DNA of 64,000 bases from an uncultured Candidatus Micrarchaeota archaeon (GTDB lineage: Archaea; Micrarchaeota; Micrarchaeia; Norongarragalinales; CAINOH01): assembly GCA_903851445.1 (NCBI GenBank), contig CAINOH010000009.1:23908-87907 (forward strand), written 5' to 3'. Below are positions 37,227 through 49,643 of the stretch, one piece after another. A program made the position numbers and the translations under genes. The notes beneath the pieces were generated by a model. That model searched no databases and was not told the origin of the DNA. It saw only the letters and a list, made by a program, of their open reading frames with translations. Each line of letters opens with the position of its first letter. Position 1 is the stretch's first letter.

Positions 37227-37436
37227 CTACGCTGCCTTGAAGGCAGTCCTCTTTGCCGGGGTTCCCCAGCAGGTCTTGCAGATTATGTGGCGCTCGCCCT
37301 TTACGCGCCTGCGGGAGAGTTTGCTTGACTTTTCGCAGGCGTGGCAGACCTTGCGCTTGCACTGGCCGCACTGCTCGAGAAGGTGCGCCTCGCGGCCGCA
37401 CTTTTCGCACTTTTTGGAAGAAACTGGCTTGACTAT
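37227..37436 (-). CDS. Small basic zinc-finger protein with four CxxC motifs; apparent ATA start
   Basis: Manual translation IVKPVSSKKCEKCGREAHLLEQCGQCKRKVCHACEKSSK...HIICKTCWGTPAKRTAFKAA*; GGTG 7 nt upstream; no in-frame ATG/GTG/TTG. Confidence 0.75.
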   Translation of the reverse strand: MVKPVSSKKCEKCGREAHLLEQCGQCKRKVCHACEKSSKLSRRRVKGERHIICKTCWGTPAKRTAFKAA

Positions 37437-37574
37437 ACAAATACACCCTTGTAAGATACAATATTCATTGACGGCTTGAAGCCTTCAAAATGAGTATATT
37501 GTCTTTTGCGAAGAAAATTAATAAAGTTGCTTAAGAGTGAAGGATTGCCCCGAAAAGGCGGTTGTTTGCTCAAA

Positions 37575-38939
37575 ATGACAAAAAAGGCAGATGAAGGCAT
37601 TATGAAGGCAAAGCCCATTGCGGCCAAAAAGGCGAAAGAACCCGTTTCCGCCGCCCAAAAGGTCTTCTTTCTCACCTACGGATGCACGTTCAACGCCGCG
37701 GATACCGATGCTTTGAAGGAAGCGGCAAAAAAGGAATTCGGACTGGCAGGAAAGGAATCGGATGCCGACGTAATAGTGATGAACACCTGCTCGGTCAAGG
37801 ACTCGACGCAGGAAAAGATATTGTTCAAGGCAAGAAGGCTCGGCTCGCAGGGAAAGAAGCTGGTGATTACGGGCTGCCTTGCGCAAGTGTCGCCCGAAAT
37901 AATTGAAAATGCAGTGCCAAGGGCGAGCATTGTCGGCGTTTGGTCGAATGCCAAAATAGTTGATGCGATTGAAATTGCGTTGGCAGGAAAGAAAATAATC
38001 CAGACCAGAAAAACCTTGGTCCTTCCATTCAACGTCGCAGTTGACAGAATCTTTGCGCGCGCGCAGATAAGCCGCGGGTGCCTCGGCAACTGCACATACT
38101 GCTCGACAAAACTCGCCCGCGGCCGCCTTGAGAGCTTCCAGCAGGACGAAATCGTGGCTGCTGTAGGGTCGGCAGTTGCACGCGGCGCGAAGGAAATCCA
38201 GCTTACCAGCCAGGACACGGCCTGCTATGGGTTTGACTTCGAAGGCAACGGGAACGGCCAGCGCGAAAATCTCGCCACGCTTGTTGAAAGAATCTGCGCC
38301 ATTCCCGGGCGCTTCCGGGTGCGAATCGGGATGGGAAAACCCGAGCATTTCTGGAAGATACGGAAGGAGCTTGCAAGAGTGATTTGCTCAACGGACAAGG
38401 TTTACCGCTTCCTGCACATACCCGTGCAAAGCGGGAGTGACGCAGTCCTTATGGCGATGGGCCGCAGGTATGCTGCAAAGGACTATGCGGAGCTTGTGCA
38501 GTTTTTCCACGAAGAAATCCCGGACCTTACAGTTGAAACGGACGTCATCGTGGGCTTTCCTACTGAGACGCAGAAGGACTTCGAGGCCACGCTCGACCTG
38601 GTTGAAAGGACAAGGCCGCAGATTACCAACATATCGAAATACAGCGCAAGGCCGAAGACCGTTGCCGCGGGAATGAAGCAGGTTGACAGGAAGACAATCA
38701 ACGCACGCAGCACGAAGATGAACGCGCTGTGCAGGAAAATCGCGCTGGAAGAGAATGGGAAGATGGCTGGAAAAAAATACGATGTTCTGGTCACCGAAAA
38801 GGCGAAGGGCTTCTTTTCAGCGAGGACGCCGAACTACAAGACGGTGCTCCTGCAAGGCGGCGCCATTGGCTCATTTATTACGGCAAGGACTACCGGTTAC
38901 GGCCAATGCTACCTGAAAGGAAGGGTTGCGGAAAAATGA
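37575..38939 (+). CDS. tRNA methylthiotransferase (MiaB-like, e-MtaB/CDKAL1 type)
   Basis: TYGCTFN, NTCSVK, GCLAQ, radical SAM CLGNCTYC, HIPVQSGSD, IVGFPTET, TRAM tail. Confidence 0.93.
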   Translation: MTKKADEGIMKAKPIAAKKAKEPVSAAQKVFFLTYGCTFNAADTDALKEAAKKEFGLAGKESDADVIVMNTCSVKDSTQEKILFKARRLGSQGKKLVITGCLAQVSPEIIENAVPRASIVGVWSNAKIVDAIEIALAGKKIIQTRKTLVLPFNVAVDRIFARAQISRGCLGNCTYCSTKLARGRLESFQQDEIVAAVGSAVARGAKEIQLTSQDTACYGFDFEGNGNGQRENLATLVERICAIPGRFRVRIGMGKPEHFWKIRKELARVICSTDKVYRFLHIPVQSGSDAVLMAMGRRYAAKDYAELVQFFHEEIPDLTVETDVIVGFPTETQKDFEATLDLVERTRPQITNISKYSARPKTVAAGMKQVDRKTINARSTKMNALCRKIALEENGKMAGKKYDVLVTEKAKGFFSARTPNYKTVLLQGGAIGSFITARTTGYGQCYLKGRVAEK

Positions 38940-39025
38940 GCGGGCGGGGCAGGCAGGCGGAAACGCCAAAACCCATTGGTTTTAAATCCGCAAAGCAAGA
39001 AGACTTTATCTAAATTCAAGGGCGA

Positions 39026-39775
39026 ATGGGAATGAAGAGGATTGGGGATATTTTCAACAAGACGTTCGAGGCCTACGGCAAGAACATAAAGACGATTTCA
39101 TTCTTCTCGATACCCTTCCTGATATCCTTCCCGGTCGCTCTTTTCATCTCAAACTACGCCTCGCTCGGCTCCATTTTCCTGCGCTTGGACAGCATCAAGT
39201 GGGACATGACGCCCCTTGACATGGGAATAATCATCATCCTTCCGATAATCTCAATGCTCCTATTTTCCTTTGCGCTTGTAGTAATCAACATGATTATCAC
39301 AAGCCAGCGCTCGATGAACAAGATTGCGTTCTACGAGATGGAGAAGGTTGAGCAGAGGACGTACCACCTGTTCGAGATTTTCCTAGCGGCGTTCGCGATA
39401 ACGTTCATAGCAGAAGTGCTCCTCTACCAGTACGGCCTGCACCCGACCATCGGCGCGCTTGTTGCTGCGCTTGTGGCGCTCGCCATACTCTTCGTCCCGC
39501 AGTCAATAGTCATCGACGGCTTCAGCGGCTGGACCGCAGTCAAAAAGAGCATTTCGACTGTGACTCACAGGTTTTCCTACGTGCTCCTGTTCCTCGTGTT
39601 GTCGGCTGTTCTCATCCTTGTCAATGACCTCATATTCCTCAACATCTCGCAGGACCCGGCAATATTCGCATACGGCCGCTACGCCGCGATAGTCATAAAC
39701 GCGCTTGTCATCCTGCCTTTCCTTGAGGTGTTCAAGGTGCAAGTCTACCTCAGCAAGTACACGATACTCGACTGA
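39026..39775 (+). CDS. Hypothetical membrane protein (about 6 TMs)
   Basis: Hydrophobicity pattern; host-like codon usage. Confidence 0.8.
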   Translation: MGMKRIGDIFNKTFEAYGKNIKTISFFSIPFLISFPVALFISNYASLGSIFLRLDSIKWDMTPLDMGIIIILPIISMLLFSFALVVINMIITSQRSMNKIAFYEMEKVEQRTYHLFEIFLAAFAITFIAEVLLYQYGLHPTIGALVAALVALAILFVPQSIVIDGFSGWTAVKKSISTVTHRFSYVLLFLVLSAVLILVNDLIFLNISQDPAIFAYGRYAAIVINALVILPFLEVFKVQVYLSKYTILD

Positions 39776-39895
39776 GCCTCGCTTGCCTTTTCGCCCTTGT
39801 TATGCCCAGGCTTAGCTTTGCGAAAGCAATAAAACCCGCCAACCCAATTAGGATTAGCCCGCCAAAAGCAAGAAATGCAGTTTGGAAGCCTTACT

Positions 39896-42163
39896 ATGGA
39901 AACTGTAATGATTATCACCGAAAAGCCGCGCGTAGCTGAAAAGATGGCAGCTGCGCTTGCGGAAGGCCCGGTCAAGCAATCGGCAGGCGCGGGCGTCAGG
40001 TCGTACGAGCTTGCCCGCGGCGGAAAGAGGATACTCATCGCACCAGCTGTTGGCCATGTATACTCGCTCAAACAGAAGGAGGCCGGCGGACGCTACCCGG
40101 TTTTTGACATCGAGTGGGTCCCAGCCTACGAATCAAACGAGTCAGCGGCGTTCACAAAAAAATACCTAGAATCGATCAAGAAGCTTGCAAAGAACGCGGA
40201 CACGGTTGTGAACGCGTGCGACTGGGACATCGAGGGAAGCCTCATCGGAGGCAATATCATCCGCTATGCGGTGAAGAAGCCGGCAAAACGGATGCTCTTT
40301 TCAACGCTTACAAAGGAGGACCTGGTTGACGCGTACTCGGACCTGAAGCCTCTTGACACACCCCAAATAGACGCGGGCGAGGCGCGACACTACCTTGACT
40401 GGTACTGGGGCATCAACACGTCGCGCGCGCTCATGTCGGCCATAAAGAAGGCTGGGATTTTCCGCATCATGAGCATAGGACGGGTCCAGGGTCCGGCGCT
40501 TGCAATACTCTCACAGCGCGAGCTTGAGATACAAAAGTTCGTGCCAGAACCATACTGGACAATCGCAGCAGTGCTCAAGGGCGTGGAGTTTTCCTGCGAC
40601 GAAGGCAACATTTTCGACGAGAAGAAAGCAAAGGAGATTGCCGACAAGGTCACAAGGGCGGCAAAGGACAAGGCGCTTGTCGAAAATGTCGAGGAGAAAG
40701 AGTTTGCCCAGAACCCGCCGTTCCCATTTGACCTGACCTCGATGGAAATCGAGGCTTACCGCACGTTCGGCTTCAAGCCGTCGATGACGCTTTCGCTTGC
40801 GCAGGACCTGTACGAGGCGGCTCTCATCAGCTACCCGCGCACGTCCTCGCAAAAGTTGCCTGCAAAGCTGAACCTGAAGAAAATCATTTCAGACATCGGA
40901 AAGAACCCCGCTTACTCCGGATTGTCCGGCAAGCTCCTTGGAAAGAACAAGATCGTCCCCCGCGAGGGCGAAAAGGAGGACGCTGCGCACCCGGCAATCC
41001 ACCCGACCGGAATGATCCCGAGCGGCCTGAACCCGCACCAGGCAAAGCTTTACGACCTTATAGTGCACAGGTTCCTTTCGTGTTTTGCAGACCCTGCAAA
41101 GAGGGCACGCATGAACGTTGCAGCAAAAATCGGCGACGTCGGCTTCTCCGCAGGCGGCTCGCGGACAGTCGAAAAGGGCTGGTTCGAGTTCTATGAAAAA
41201 TACGTTGACCTGGAGGAAGAGGTCCTTCCCAAGTTCGAGGTCGGCGAGCGCGTTCCTGTTGACAGGCACGAGCTTCTAAAGAAGATGACCAAGCCTCCAA
41301 AGCGATACACCGAGGCGTCGCTTGTAAAGAAGCTCGAGGACGAGGACCTTGGGACGAAGGCAACCCGCTCGGAAATAATTGAGACGCTTTTCCGGCGGGG
41401 TTACGTTTCAGGAAAGAGCATCGAGGTTTCCGCGCTCGGGCTTTCGGTGTACGAGGCGCTTATGCACCACGTTGACGAGATTTTGAGCGAGCAGCTCACC
41501 CGCGACTTCGAGAAGGAGATGGAGGACATCCAGTCCGGCAAAATCACCAAGGAAAAGGTGATTGCCGAGGGAAAGGCCGCGCTTGAGAAAATCCTTGAAA
41601 AGTTCCGCACCAAGGAAGAGAGCATCGGAAAGGAACTGGTTGACGCTTTGAAGCAGACGCAGAGGGAAGAGAGCGTGCTCGGGCCGTGCCCTGTTTGCGC
41701 AAAGGAAGGAAGACAAGGCCAGCTCCAAATCAGGAAATCCCGCTTCGGCCTCTTTGTCGGCTGCGGCGCGTACCCTGTCTGCAGGAACCTGTACCCCCTT
41801 CCGAAGATGGCGCTCATCAAGAACACGCAGAAGATTTGCCCCGAGTGCGGCACGCCAATAGTCACAGTTATCCGCAAGGGCAAGCGGCCGTTCAGCATGT
41901 GCATCGACACCAAGTGCAAGACCAAGGAATCTTGGGAAAAGAAGAGCTACAACGTCAACAACTCGGACGGCACGGTTACGGAAGCGAAGAACAAAATCGT
42001 TGCACAGCCGGATGCGACTACCGGCGCGCAGGAAGCTTCAGGGAAAAAGCCAGAAGCGGTTGCGAAAGAAACACCGACAACGAAAAGTATGCAACCAAAG
42101 GCAACAAAGAGGCCCGCAGCCAAGAAACCCACTGCAAAAACACCAAAGCCGAAAGCGAAATAG
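39896..42163 (+). CDS. topA: DNA topoisomerase IA with C-terminal zinc ribbons
   Basis: ITEKP, DWDIEG, SIGRVQGP, ISYPRT (catalytic Tyr), AHPAIHPT, LGTKATR; Lys-rich tail. Confidence 0.96.
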   Translation: METVMIITEKPRVAEKMAAALAEGPVKQSAGAGVRSYELARGGKRILIAPAVGHVYSLKQKEAGGRYPVFDIEWVPAYESNESAAFTKKYLESIKKLAKNADTVVNACDWDIEGSLIGGNIIRYAVKKPAKRMLFSTLTKEDLVDAYSDLKPLDTPQIDAGEARHYLDWYWGINTSRALMSAIKKAGIFRIMSIGRVQGPALAILSQRELEIQKFVPEPYWTIAAVLKGVEFSCDEGNIFDEKKAKEIADKVTRAAKDKALVENVEEKEFAQNPPFPFDLTSMEIEAYRTFGFKPSMTLSLAQDLYEAALISYPRTSSQKLPAKLNLKKIISDIGKNPAYSGLSGKLLGKNKIVPREGEKEDAAHPAIHPTGMIPSGLNPHQAKLYDLIVHRFLSCFADPAKRARMNVAAKIGDVGFSAGGSRTVEKGWFEFYEKYVDLEEEVLPKFEVGERVPVDRHELLKKMTKPPKRYTEASLVKKLEDEDLGTKATRSEIIETLFRRGYVSGKSIEVSALGLSVYEALMHHVDEILSEQLTRDFEKEMEDIQSGKITKEKVIAEGKAALEKILEKFRTKEESIGKELVDALKQTQREESVLGPCPVCAKEGRQGQLQIRKSRFGLFVGCGAYPVCRNLYPLPKMALIKNTQKICPECGTPIVTVIRKGKRPFSMCIDTKCKTKESWEKKSYNVNNSDGTVTEAKNKIVAQPDATTGAQEASGKKPEAVAKETPTTKSMQPKATKRPAAKKPTAKTPKPKAK

Positions 42164-42197
42164 GCGCACAGCCAAATCGAGGAGGCAAGCAGGACAG

Positions 42198-42845
42198 ATG
42201 CCGAAGACAACCATTTACCTTATCCGGCACGCCGAGACCGTTGGCAACGCCGAGGGAATCATACAGGGCCAGACTATGGGCGGCAAGCTCTCAAAGCACG
42301 GCATCCGCCAAGCAGAGGCGTTGGGAAAGTGGGCCGGGCAAAACAAAATCGACGCAGTATACGCAAGCCCGCTCTCTCGCGCCATCGAGACTGCAAAAAT
42401 CGCGTTCCCGGATGCCGAGCCAAAGCAGGTGGACGGGCTGATGGAGCAGGATGCAGGCGAGCTGTCGGCAAAGACAGCAGGCGAGGCATTCAAGATATTC
42501 CACAAGATGAACCTGTCCAAGGCGCGCGAGCCCGAACGCACAATCGACTACTACCTCCTGCGCTACGGCCACGAGATTGGCGGCGAGCGCGACGTAGAGG
42601 AGCGCGGGATGAAAGCCCTTGAAAAGATTGCAAAGGAGAACGCAGGAACGCCGGTCGCGGTTGTCTCGCACGGCAACCTCATCAAGTGCGTGCTGTGCGG
42701 AATCCTCGGGACGCCCCCAACGTACGAAAACTTCCGCAACATGGTGCAGGAAAACTGCTGCATAAACACCATCGAGTTCAATACCGAAGGCCCAAGCATA
42801 GTGGCTATAAACGATACCAGCCACCTTGATTCTGTTGCAAAATGA
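42198..42845 (+). CDS. Histidine phosphatase / phosphoglycerate mutase family
   Basis: LIRHAET..N, ASPLSRAIETA, VSHG, NDTSHL. Confidence 0.92.
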   Translation: MPKTTIYLIRHAETVGNAEGIIQGQTMGGKLSKHGIRQAEALGKWAGQNKIDAVYASPLSRAIETAKIAFPDAEPKQVDGLMEQDAGELSAKTAGEAFKIFHKMNLSKAREPERTIDYYLLRYGHEIGGERDVEERGMKALEKIAKENAGTPVAVVSHGNLIKCVLCGILGTPPTYENFRNMVQENCCINTIEFNTEGPSIVAINDTSHLDSVAK

Positions 42846-43669
42846 AAATCGCACTTGACGCCTCAAAGACCGCCCAGCAGAACGCCGCAGAATACTACTC
42901 GAAGGCAAGCAAGCTGCGCGCAAAGGCCGATGGCGCGAAGAAGGCGCTTGAGGATACGCGCAGGCTCATCGCAAGGGAGGAAAAGCGCGAGCAGTACAGG
43001 AAGCCCGAAGACGATGCGGCAACTTCCAAGAAAAAGTTCAGGCTCAAGCGCGAGCTCGAGTGGTACGAGAAATACCGCTGGTTCTACACAAGCTCCGGCC
43101 TCCTTGTTGTTGCAGGACGCGACGCGGGCCAGAACGAGCACGTGTTCACAAGGCACGCGGAAAAGGGCGACCTGTACTTTCACGCCGACGTGCACGGCGC
43201 GCCAACCACCATACTCAAGGAAGGAAACACCGACAAGGCGACCGGGCAGGACAAGCTGGAAGCCGCGCAGTTTGCAGTCAGCTATTCCTCGTCGTGGAAG
43301 AACGGCTTTGGCAGCGCGGACGCGTATTGCGCGCCAGTTGAGAACGTCTCTCGCCACGCAAAAGCCGGGGAGTACGTGGCAAAGGGAGGGTTCATCATAA
43401 CGGGAAAACGCGAGTATTACCGCGGGACAGCGCTTGGCCTGCGTATCGGCCTTGACGAGAAGGAGCGGGTCGCGGCCGTTCCCGCAGTATCGACGCGGGT
43501 TCTCAAGAACGCCGTTTCCATCCTCCCTGCCGGCACAAAGGAAAAGGGCGCGGTTGCAAAGGAAATAATGGCGCGGCTTGGCACCGAAAACCTTGACGAC
43601 CTGCTTTTGGTGATTCCTGCTGGCAAGTCGGAAGTCGAGCGCGCCGCAAGGCCTGTTGGAAAGGCGTAA
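42842..43669 (+). CDS. Short NFACT-R (Rqc2/RqcH C-terminal-like) protein
   Basis: NAAEYYSKASK coiled coil, WYEKYRWF, VAGRDAGQNE, FHADVHGA, GEYVAKGGFIITGKR. Confidence 0.9.
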   Translation: MKIALDASKTAQQNAAEYYSKASKLRAKADGAKKALEDTRRLIAREEKREQYRKPEDDAATSKKKFRLKRELEWYEKYRWFYTSSGLLVVAGRDAGQNEHVFTRHAEKGDLYFHADVHGAPTTILKEGNTDKATGQDKLEAAQFAVSYSSSWKNGFGSADAYCAPVENVSRHAKAGEYVAKGGFIITGKREYYRGTALGLRIGLDEKERVAAVPAVSTRVLKNAVSILPAGTKEKGAVAKEIMARLGTENLDDLLLVIPAGKSEVERAARPVGKA

Positions 43670-43771
43670 AGGCCATTGGAGCTTTTGGGCGAACCGATTA
43701 TTCAATTATTTAAACAGAATCTACACTACATACTCTCAAGGCAAAAACCGATTTCCCTAATTACCAGATGA

Positions 43772-45916
<2,145 letters not shown>

Positions 45917-45951
45917 ATTCTTGCACAAAACCAAAAGGGAAGTGACTAAGG

Positions 45952-46407
45952 ATGAACATCAAGTTATTTGCACAGTGCACGTTGGCGCTACTTACGGCGT
46001 CGTTCCTAGGCTACGCGTTCAGCTACATCGGCGTTGCGGGAACGGTAATCGACTCGTTCTGGAAGCTGGTCGCGTTCGACCTGGGTGCGTCAATGATTTT
46101 TGCTTTTGCCTGGCCGCACGTGCGCGGAGTGAGAAAGGGCGACGCCCTTGCAACGGACTTGTCAATGGGCAACCTGCGCATGCCGGGGTTGAACGTGATG
46201 GTCGGGACTTTCGGCATCGGAAACGCATTCGCAGCTGCAAACGGCAGGATTGGCCAGAAGATACGCATACACTTGGCGGACGGCAGGCGCGGAGAGGCTA
46301 AGATAGTGGAATACGCCGGGACTTTCTCGCCTGCGCGCGTGCAAATCCTTGAGATGGAAAAGCCTGCGCCCCAGCACATCGTCGAGAACGGCGAGCGGCT
46401 GCTCTGA
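45952..46407 (+). CDS. Hypothetical protein, two TMs plus a small beta domain
   Basis: Two N-terminal hydrophobic helices; GVRKGD...NGRIGQKIRI. Confidence 0.75.
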   Translation: MNIKLFAQCTLALLTASFLGYAFSYIGVAGTVIDSFWKLVAFDLGASMIFAFAWPHVRGVRKGDALATDLSMGNLRMPGLNVMVGTFGIGNAFAAANGRIGQKIRIHLADGRRGEAKIVEYAGTFSPARVQILEMEKPAPQHIVENGERLL

Positions 46408-46558
46408 TTCTCTGCACGCACAGCACCAAAGGCCCGACAGAACCGGCCAGGGCAATCTCTGGTTTTTTTTCTTCAAATATCCCCCATTGCGAGTTGCTTA
46501 AAAAAGCCGGTTGTTTAACCAATAGGAACCACGCCGCAAGGCCGGTTTCAGTGTTATT

Positions 46559-48382
46559 ATGTCTCGTCGCGGCCAGGGCGCATTTGAGTACCTTCTGATG
46601 CTTGGAGGAACAGTACTAATCGCAGTAGTAGTCATCATAATGGTACAAGGTTCCGCCCAGAACGCGAACAGCACGCTCAACGAGTCAACAAACGACTATT
46701 TGGCATACATAAATAGTGGAATCAACAATGCGATTGCAACCACTCCAACGCCTATTGTAACTGTTTTGCCTTCGTCAACCCCAACCACCAGCCCAACGCC
46801 ATCCTCAACTCCCACGGTAACTCCAATGCCTACCACTACCCCGACTGCAACGCCAACGGCTACTCCTACGCCCACATCAATGCCTACTACTACGCCAACT
46901 GCAACAGCTACCGCAACGCCAACTGCTACGCCCACACCCACTACGAGTCCGACGCCAATTCCTACTGCAACGTCCACGCCAACACCTACTGCTAACCCAA
47001 CAGCAACGCCAACCGCAACGTCCACGCCAACACCTACTGCTAACCCAACCGCAACGTCCACGCCAACACCTACTGCTAACCCAACAGCAACGCCAACTGC
47101 TACGCCCACTCCCACCGCAACCCCCGTGACAACTGGAAGCGCCATCATAACGACGAGCCCAGGAGGGGCGCAGGTAATGGTCGATGGCCAGCAGAAGGGG
47201 GTGTCAAGTCCTAGTCTCACAGTTTCTTCCCTGGCGCCGGGAACACACGTCGTGAGGGTTTCAATGCAGGGCTATTTTGACGCGTCGCTTAACGCTGTCG
47301 TACAACTCGGACAGGCCACGCCGGTGACGATTAGCCTCATCTCGCTCTCCGTCCCCACGCCAACACCGGTGCAGGTACCAGCAAGCCCGAAACTGACGTG
47401 CGATTACTCCTTTGCGGCTATCCCGCCGGTGACGAAGACTATCGCGCGGTCGGGAAGCGCCGCGGGAGTGCGCATCGGGTTCTCCGAGGATTTCGGCGCA
47501 ATCGCCACGAGCTTCGAACTCGTAAATCCCGCGAACGGCGCCTCAGTCAACGTGCTAGAGTCACGCAGCGGAGCGGGTTCGGCGTGGCAGTACACTGGCC
47601 AGGCTACCGCTTACGACGGTGGCGGTGCCCTCATCAACCAGGCAGCCGGCAACTCCCTCGGCTCCCAGTGGGGGTACCAGAGCGTGCTCAATGTGAACAC
47701 TTCGGCGACGGGAGTAACGGCATCGGCAGCGAACTGGGTCCCAAATCCTTCAGACACGCTCAACGGTGACGGAACGTCTCCCTGTGCGTCCCAGTATCCC
47801 CCGGCAGTCTTTGACCTCGGCAAGCCCTCGATGAGCGTCAGCGACATTGCGACGTCGCTGGGGACCGCACTCAACATCACGAGCACATATACGCTTCAGT
47901 CGACCATCGACCAATATTGGAAAATGTACGTTCCCGGCGAAGCAATCTACATGAACAGGCAGGTAGCCCGCGACGCCAACCTGCGCATGTACATCCTAGG
48001 ACCAGGCTGGACGGAAGGTCCCATTCGGCCGTACTACGACAATTTCACCATAGCCCACGCCACGTACGTGCGCCCTGTTCCACAGTGGGGGGTATGGATG
48101 ATTACCGCAGATGTCCAGTACACTGCGTTCGTGTGGAACGTGGGTGGAAAGGACGTCGGCGTCGTGCTTCCGGGCGCGAAGGGCTCCCAGCGGCTGGTGA
48201 ACAATACCTACTGCTCCAACGAGGCGGATTACAGCTGCGGCAGCATGGACTATGGTTTTTGGGAACAACTCGATCAGAGTTCCTCATATCCTAACGGGGC
48301 AATCCGCAGCTACTCCTTCGGCTACCTTGTCGGCTCGGTGCCCCAGCTTGAAGCCATCATAGGCAGGTCCATCACGGGTTAA
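46559..48382 (+). CDS. Pilin-headed adhesin: class III signal, Pro/Thr stalk, PEGA domain, C-terminal beta-rich domain
   Basis: RG|QGAFEYLLMLGG; (TP)n; ITTSPGGAQVMVDG...LAPGTHVVRVSMQGY. Confidence 0.88.
   Translation: MSRRGQGAFEYLLMLGGTVLIAVVVIIMVQGSAQNANSTLNESTNDYLAYINSGINNAIATTPTPIVTVLPSSTPTTSPTPSSTPTVTPMPTTTPTATPTATPTPTSMPTTTPTATATATPTATPTPTTSPTPIPTATSTPTPTANPTATPTATSTPTPTANPTATSTPTPTANPTATPTATPTPTATPVTTGSAIITTSPGGAQVMVDGQQKGVSSPSLTVSSLAPGTHVVRVSMQGYFDASLNAVVQLGQATPVTISLISLSVPTPTPVQVPASPKLTCDYSFAAIPPVTKTIARSGSAAGVRIGFSEDFGAIATSFELVNPANGASVNVLESRSGAGSAWQYTGQATAYDGGGALINQAAGNSLGSQWGYQSVLNVNTSATGVTASAANWVPNPSDTLNGDGTSPCASQYPPAVFDLGKPSMSVSDIATSLGTALNITSTYTLQSTIDQYWKMYVPGEAIYMNRQVARDANLRMYILGPGWTEGPIRPYYDNFTIAHATYVRPVPQWGVWMITADVQYTAFVWNVGGKDVGVVLPGAKGSQRLVNNTYCSNEADYSCGSMDYGFWEQLDQSSSYPNGAIRSYSFGYLVGSVPQLEAIIGRSITG
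46967..47085 (+). repeat. Three exact 35-bp copies within the PT stalk
   Basis: gcaacgtccacgccaacacctactgctaacccaac at 46967, 47015 and 47051. Confidence 0.9.
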
Positions 48383-48439
48383 GGCTGTTCGTTGCGTACG
48401 GAGCGAGTGGGATGCATACGGGCAGCGACAAAGTTTGAG

Positions 48440-49498
48440 TCAGCGGAACGGCCGTTCGTTACGCCGCAGCCTGCGAAGCGACACCGCATCGGGCCCGACT
48501 TTTGCGCACAGCCGCGCGTACGCCACTTCGAGCTCCTTCGGGTCCATCGCAGCTCGCAAGTCCGCCTCAATCAGGATTGCAGGGTATGCATAGCGCGAGT
48601 TGCCCTTGCACAGGCCGCAGATTATCTTGCTTGCAGCTTCCGCTTTCGTGTAGTCGGAAAACTCTAGCCGGAGCGGCCGGTCGTATTTTACGGCCTTGAG
48701 GTATGTTGCTGCGGGGGTGGTGCGGCACAGGTCACGGCCCAAGTCCTGGCGTTCAATCCGCACAAGGCCACTGCGCTCATTCTCCTCCAACGCCATTGAA
48801 AGGAATGCCGAGTCGTTTGTCGATGACAGGGATTTTGCGTGCTCGGAATAGAAATCTGAAAGACTTTCGGATTTTCGCAAGGCATCTAGGTAGTTGCGGC
48901 TCTTGGTGTCCTTCACAACCCCAACAAGAGTTACGTCTGCTTCGCTGCACTCGGAGTACAAAAAGCGGTATTCCGCAAGCAGCCGTTCGAACCCGTCGAA
49001 CGCGGCCGAGTCCTTCGGCGGCCGGTCCTGCGGGTTTGGGAAGATGCTGCCGTCAAGGAAGACCATCGAAGGCAAGAAGAGCTTGACCGACTCCCTTGCG
49101 CGGCCGATTTCCGAGCGCAATCGGATTATCGAGTCGCGCTGCACCGTGTCGGACTCGTCAAACGAGTCAAGGAGCGCGGTCTCGAAGCCATCAAGCCCCG
49201 AAGGGTGGCAGGCCTTGCGGCACACCAGGCCGTTCTCGTAGCCGAATGCCGTGCACACGGCGCGGAAGAGCACGAGCTCACAGGACTGGTAGGTTTCGGA
49301 AACTATGCCGCCATCTATTGCCGCGATGGTGCCGGAAAAACTTGCGTTCGGCTCGCAGGGAACGATTGCGGGCTCGCCAAGCAACGCGGCCTCCGGGGCG
49401 GTTGCCTGAGATTTTCGCAAGGCGCTTGCCGCAGCGGATAGGCCGGACTCTAGCGTGCGTATCCTTGCTATCACCTCTGAGGTGTTGTCCTTCAACAT
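48440..49498 (-). CDS. nurA: NurA-family 5'-3' nuclease
   Basis: AAIDGG, RLRSE, FLDGS, LVGVVKDTKS, YAYPAILIEADLRA. Confidence 0.88.
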   Translation of the reverse strand: MLKDNTSEVIARIRTLESGLSAAASALRKSQATAPEAALLGEPAIVPCEPNASFSGTIAAIDGGIVSETYQSCELVLFRAVCTAFGYENGLVCRKACHPSGLDGFETALLDSFDESDTVQRDSIIRLRSEIGRARESVKLFLPSMVFLDGSIFPNPQDRPPKDSAAFDGFERLLAEYRFLYSECSEADVTLVGVVKDTKSRNYLDALRKSESLSDFYSEHAKSLSSTNDSAFLSMALEENERSGLVRIERQDLGRDLCRTTPAATYLKAVKYDRPLRLEFSDYTKAEAASKIICGLCKGNSRYAYPAILIEADLRAAMDPKELEVAYARLCAKVGPDAVSLRRLRRNERPFR

Positions 49499-49643
49499 TG
49501 CCGAGAGCACCCGGGCGCGTTTTTACAAGCCGGACCTAGATGACTTGACGGGATTGTAATTTATTACGGACTGCCAGGGGCGGTTTCCAGTGATTATACC
49601 CCCCTGCACATCGTTTATATCCCCGCGGCGAATGTTGATATTT

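Noticed and set aside
37144-37479. ORF-track calls 37144..37461 (-) and 37237..37479 (+)
   Set aside because: No motifs; the four-CxxC frame 37227..37436 explains the region better.
46696-47220. Val/Gly/Ala repeat ORFs (also 58519..58818)
   Set aside because: Reverse-complement reading of the Pro/Thr stalks.
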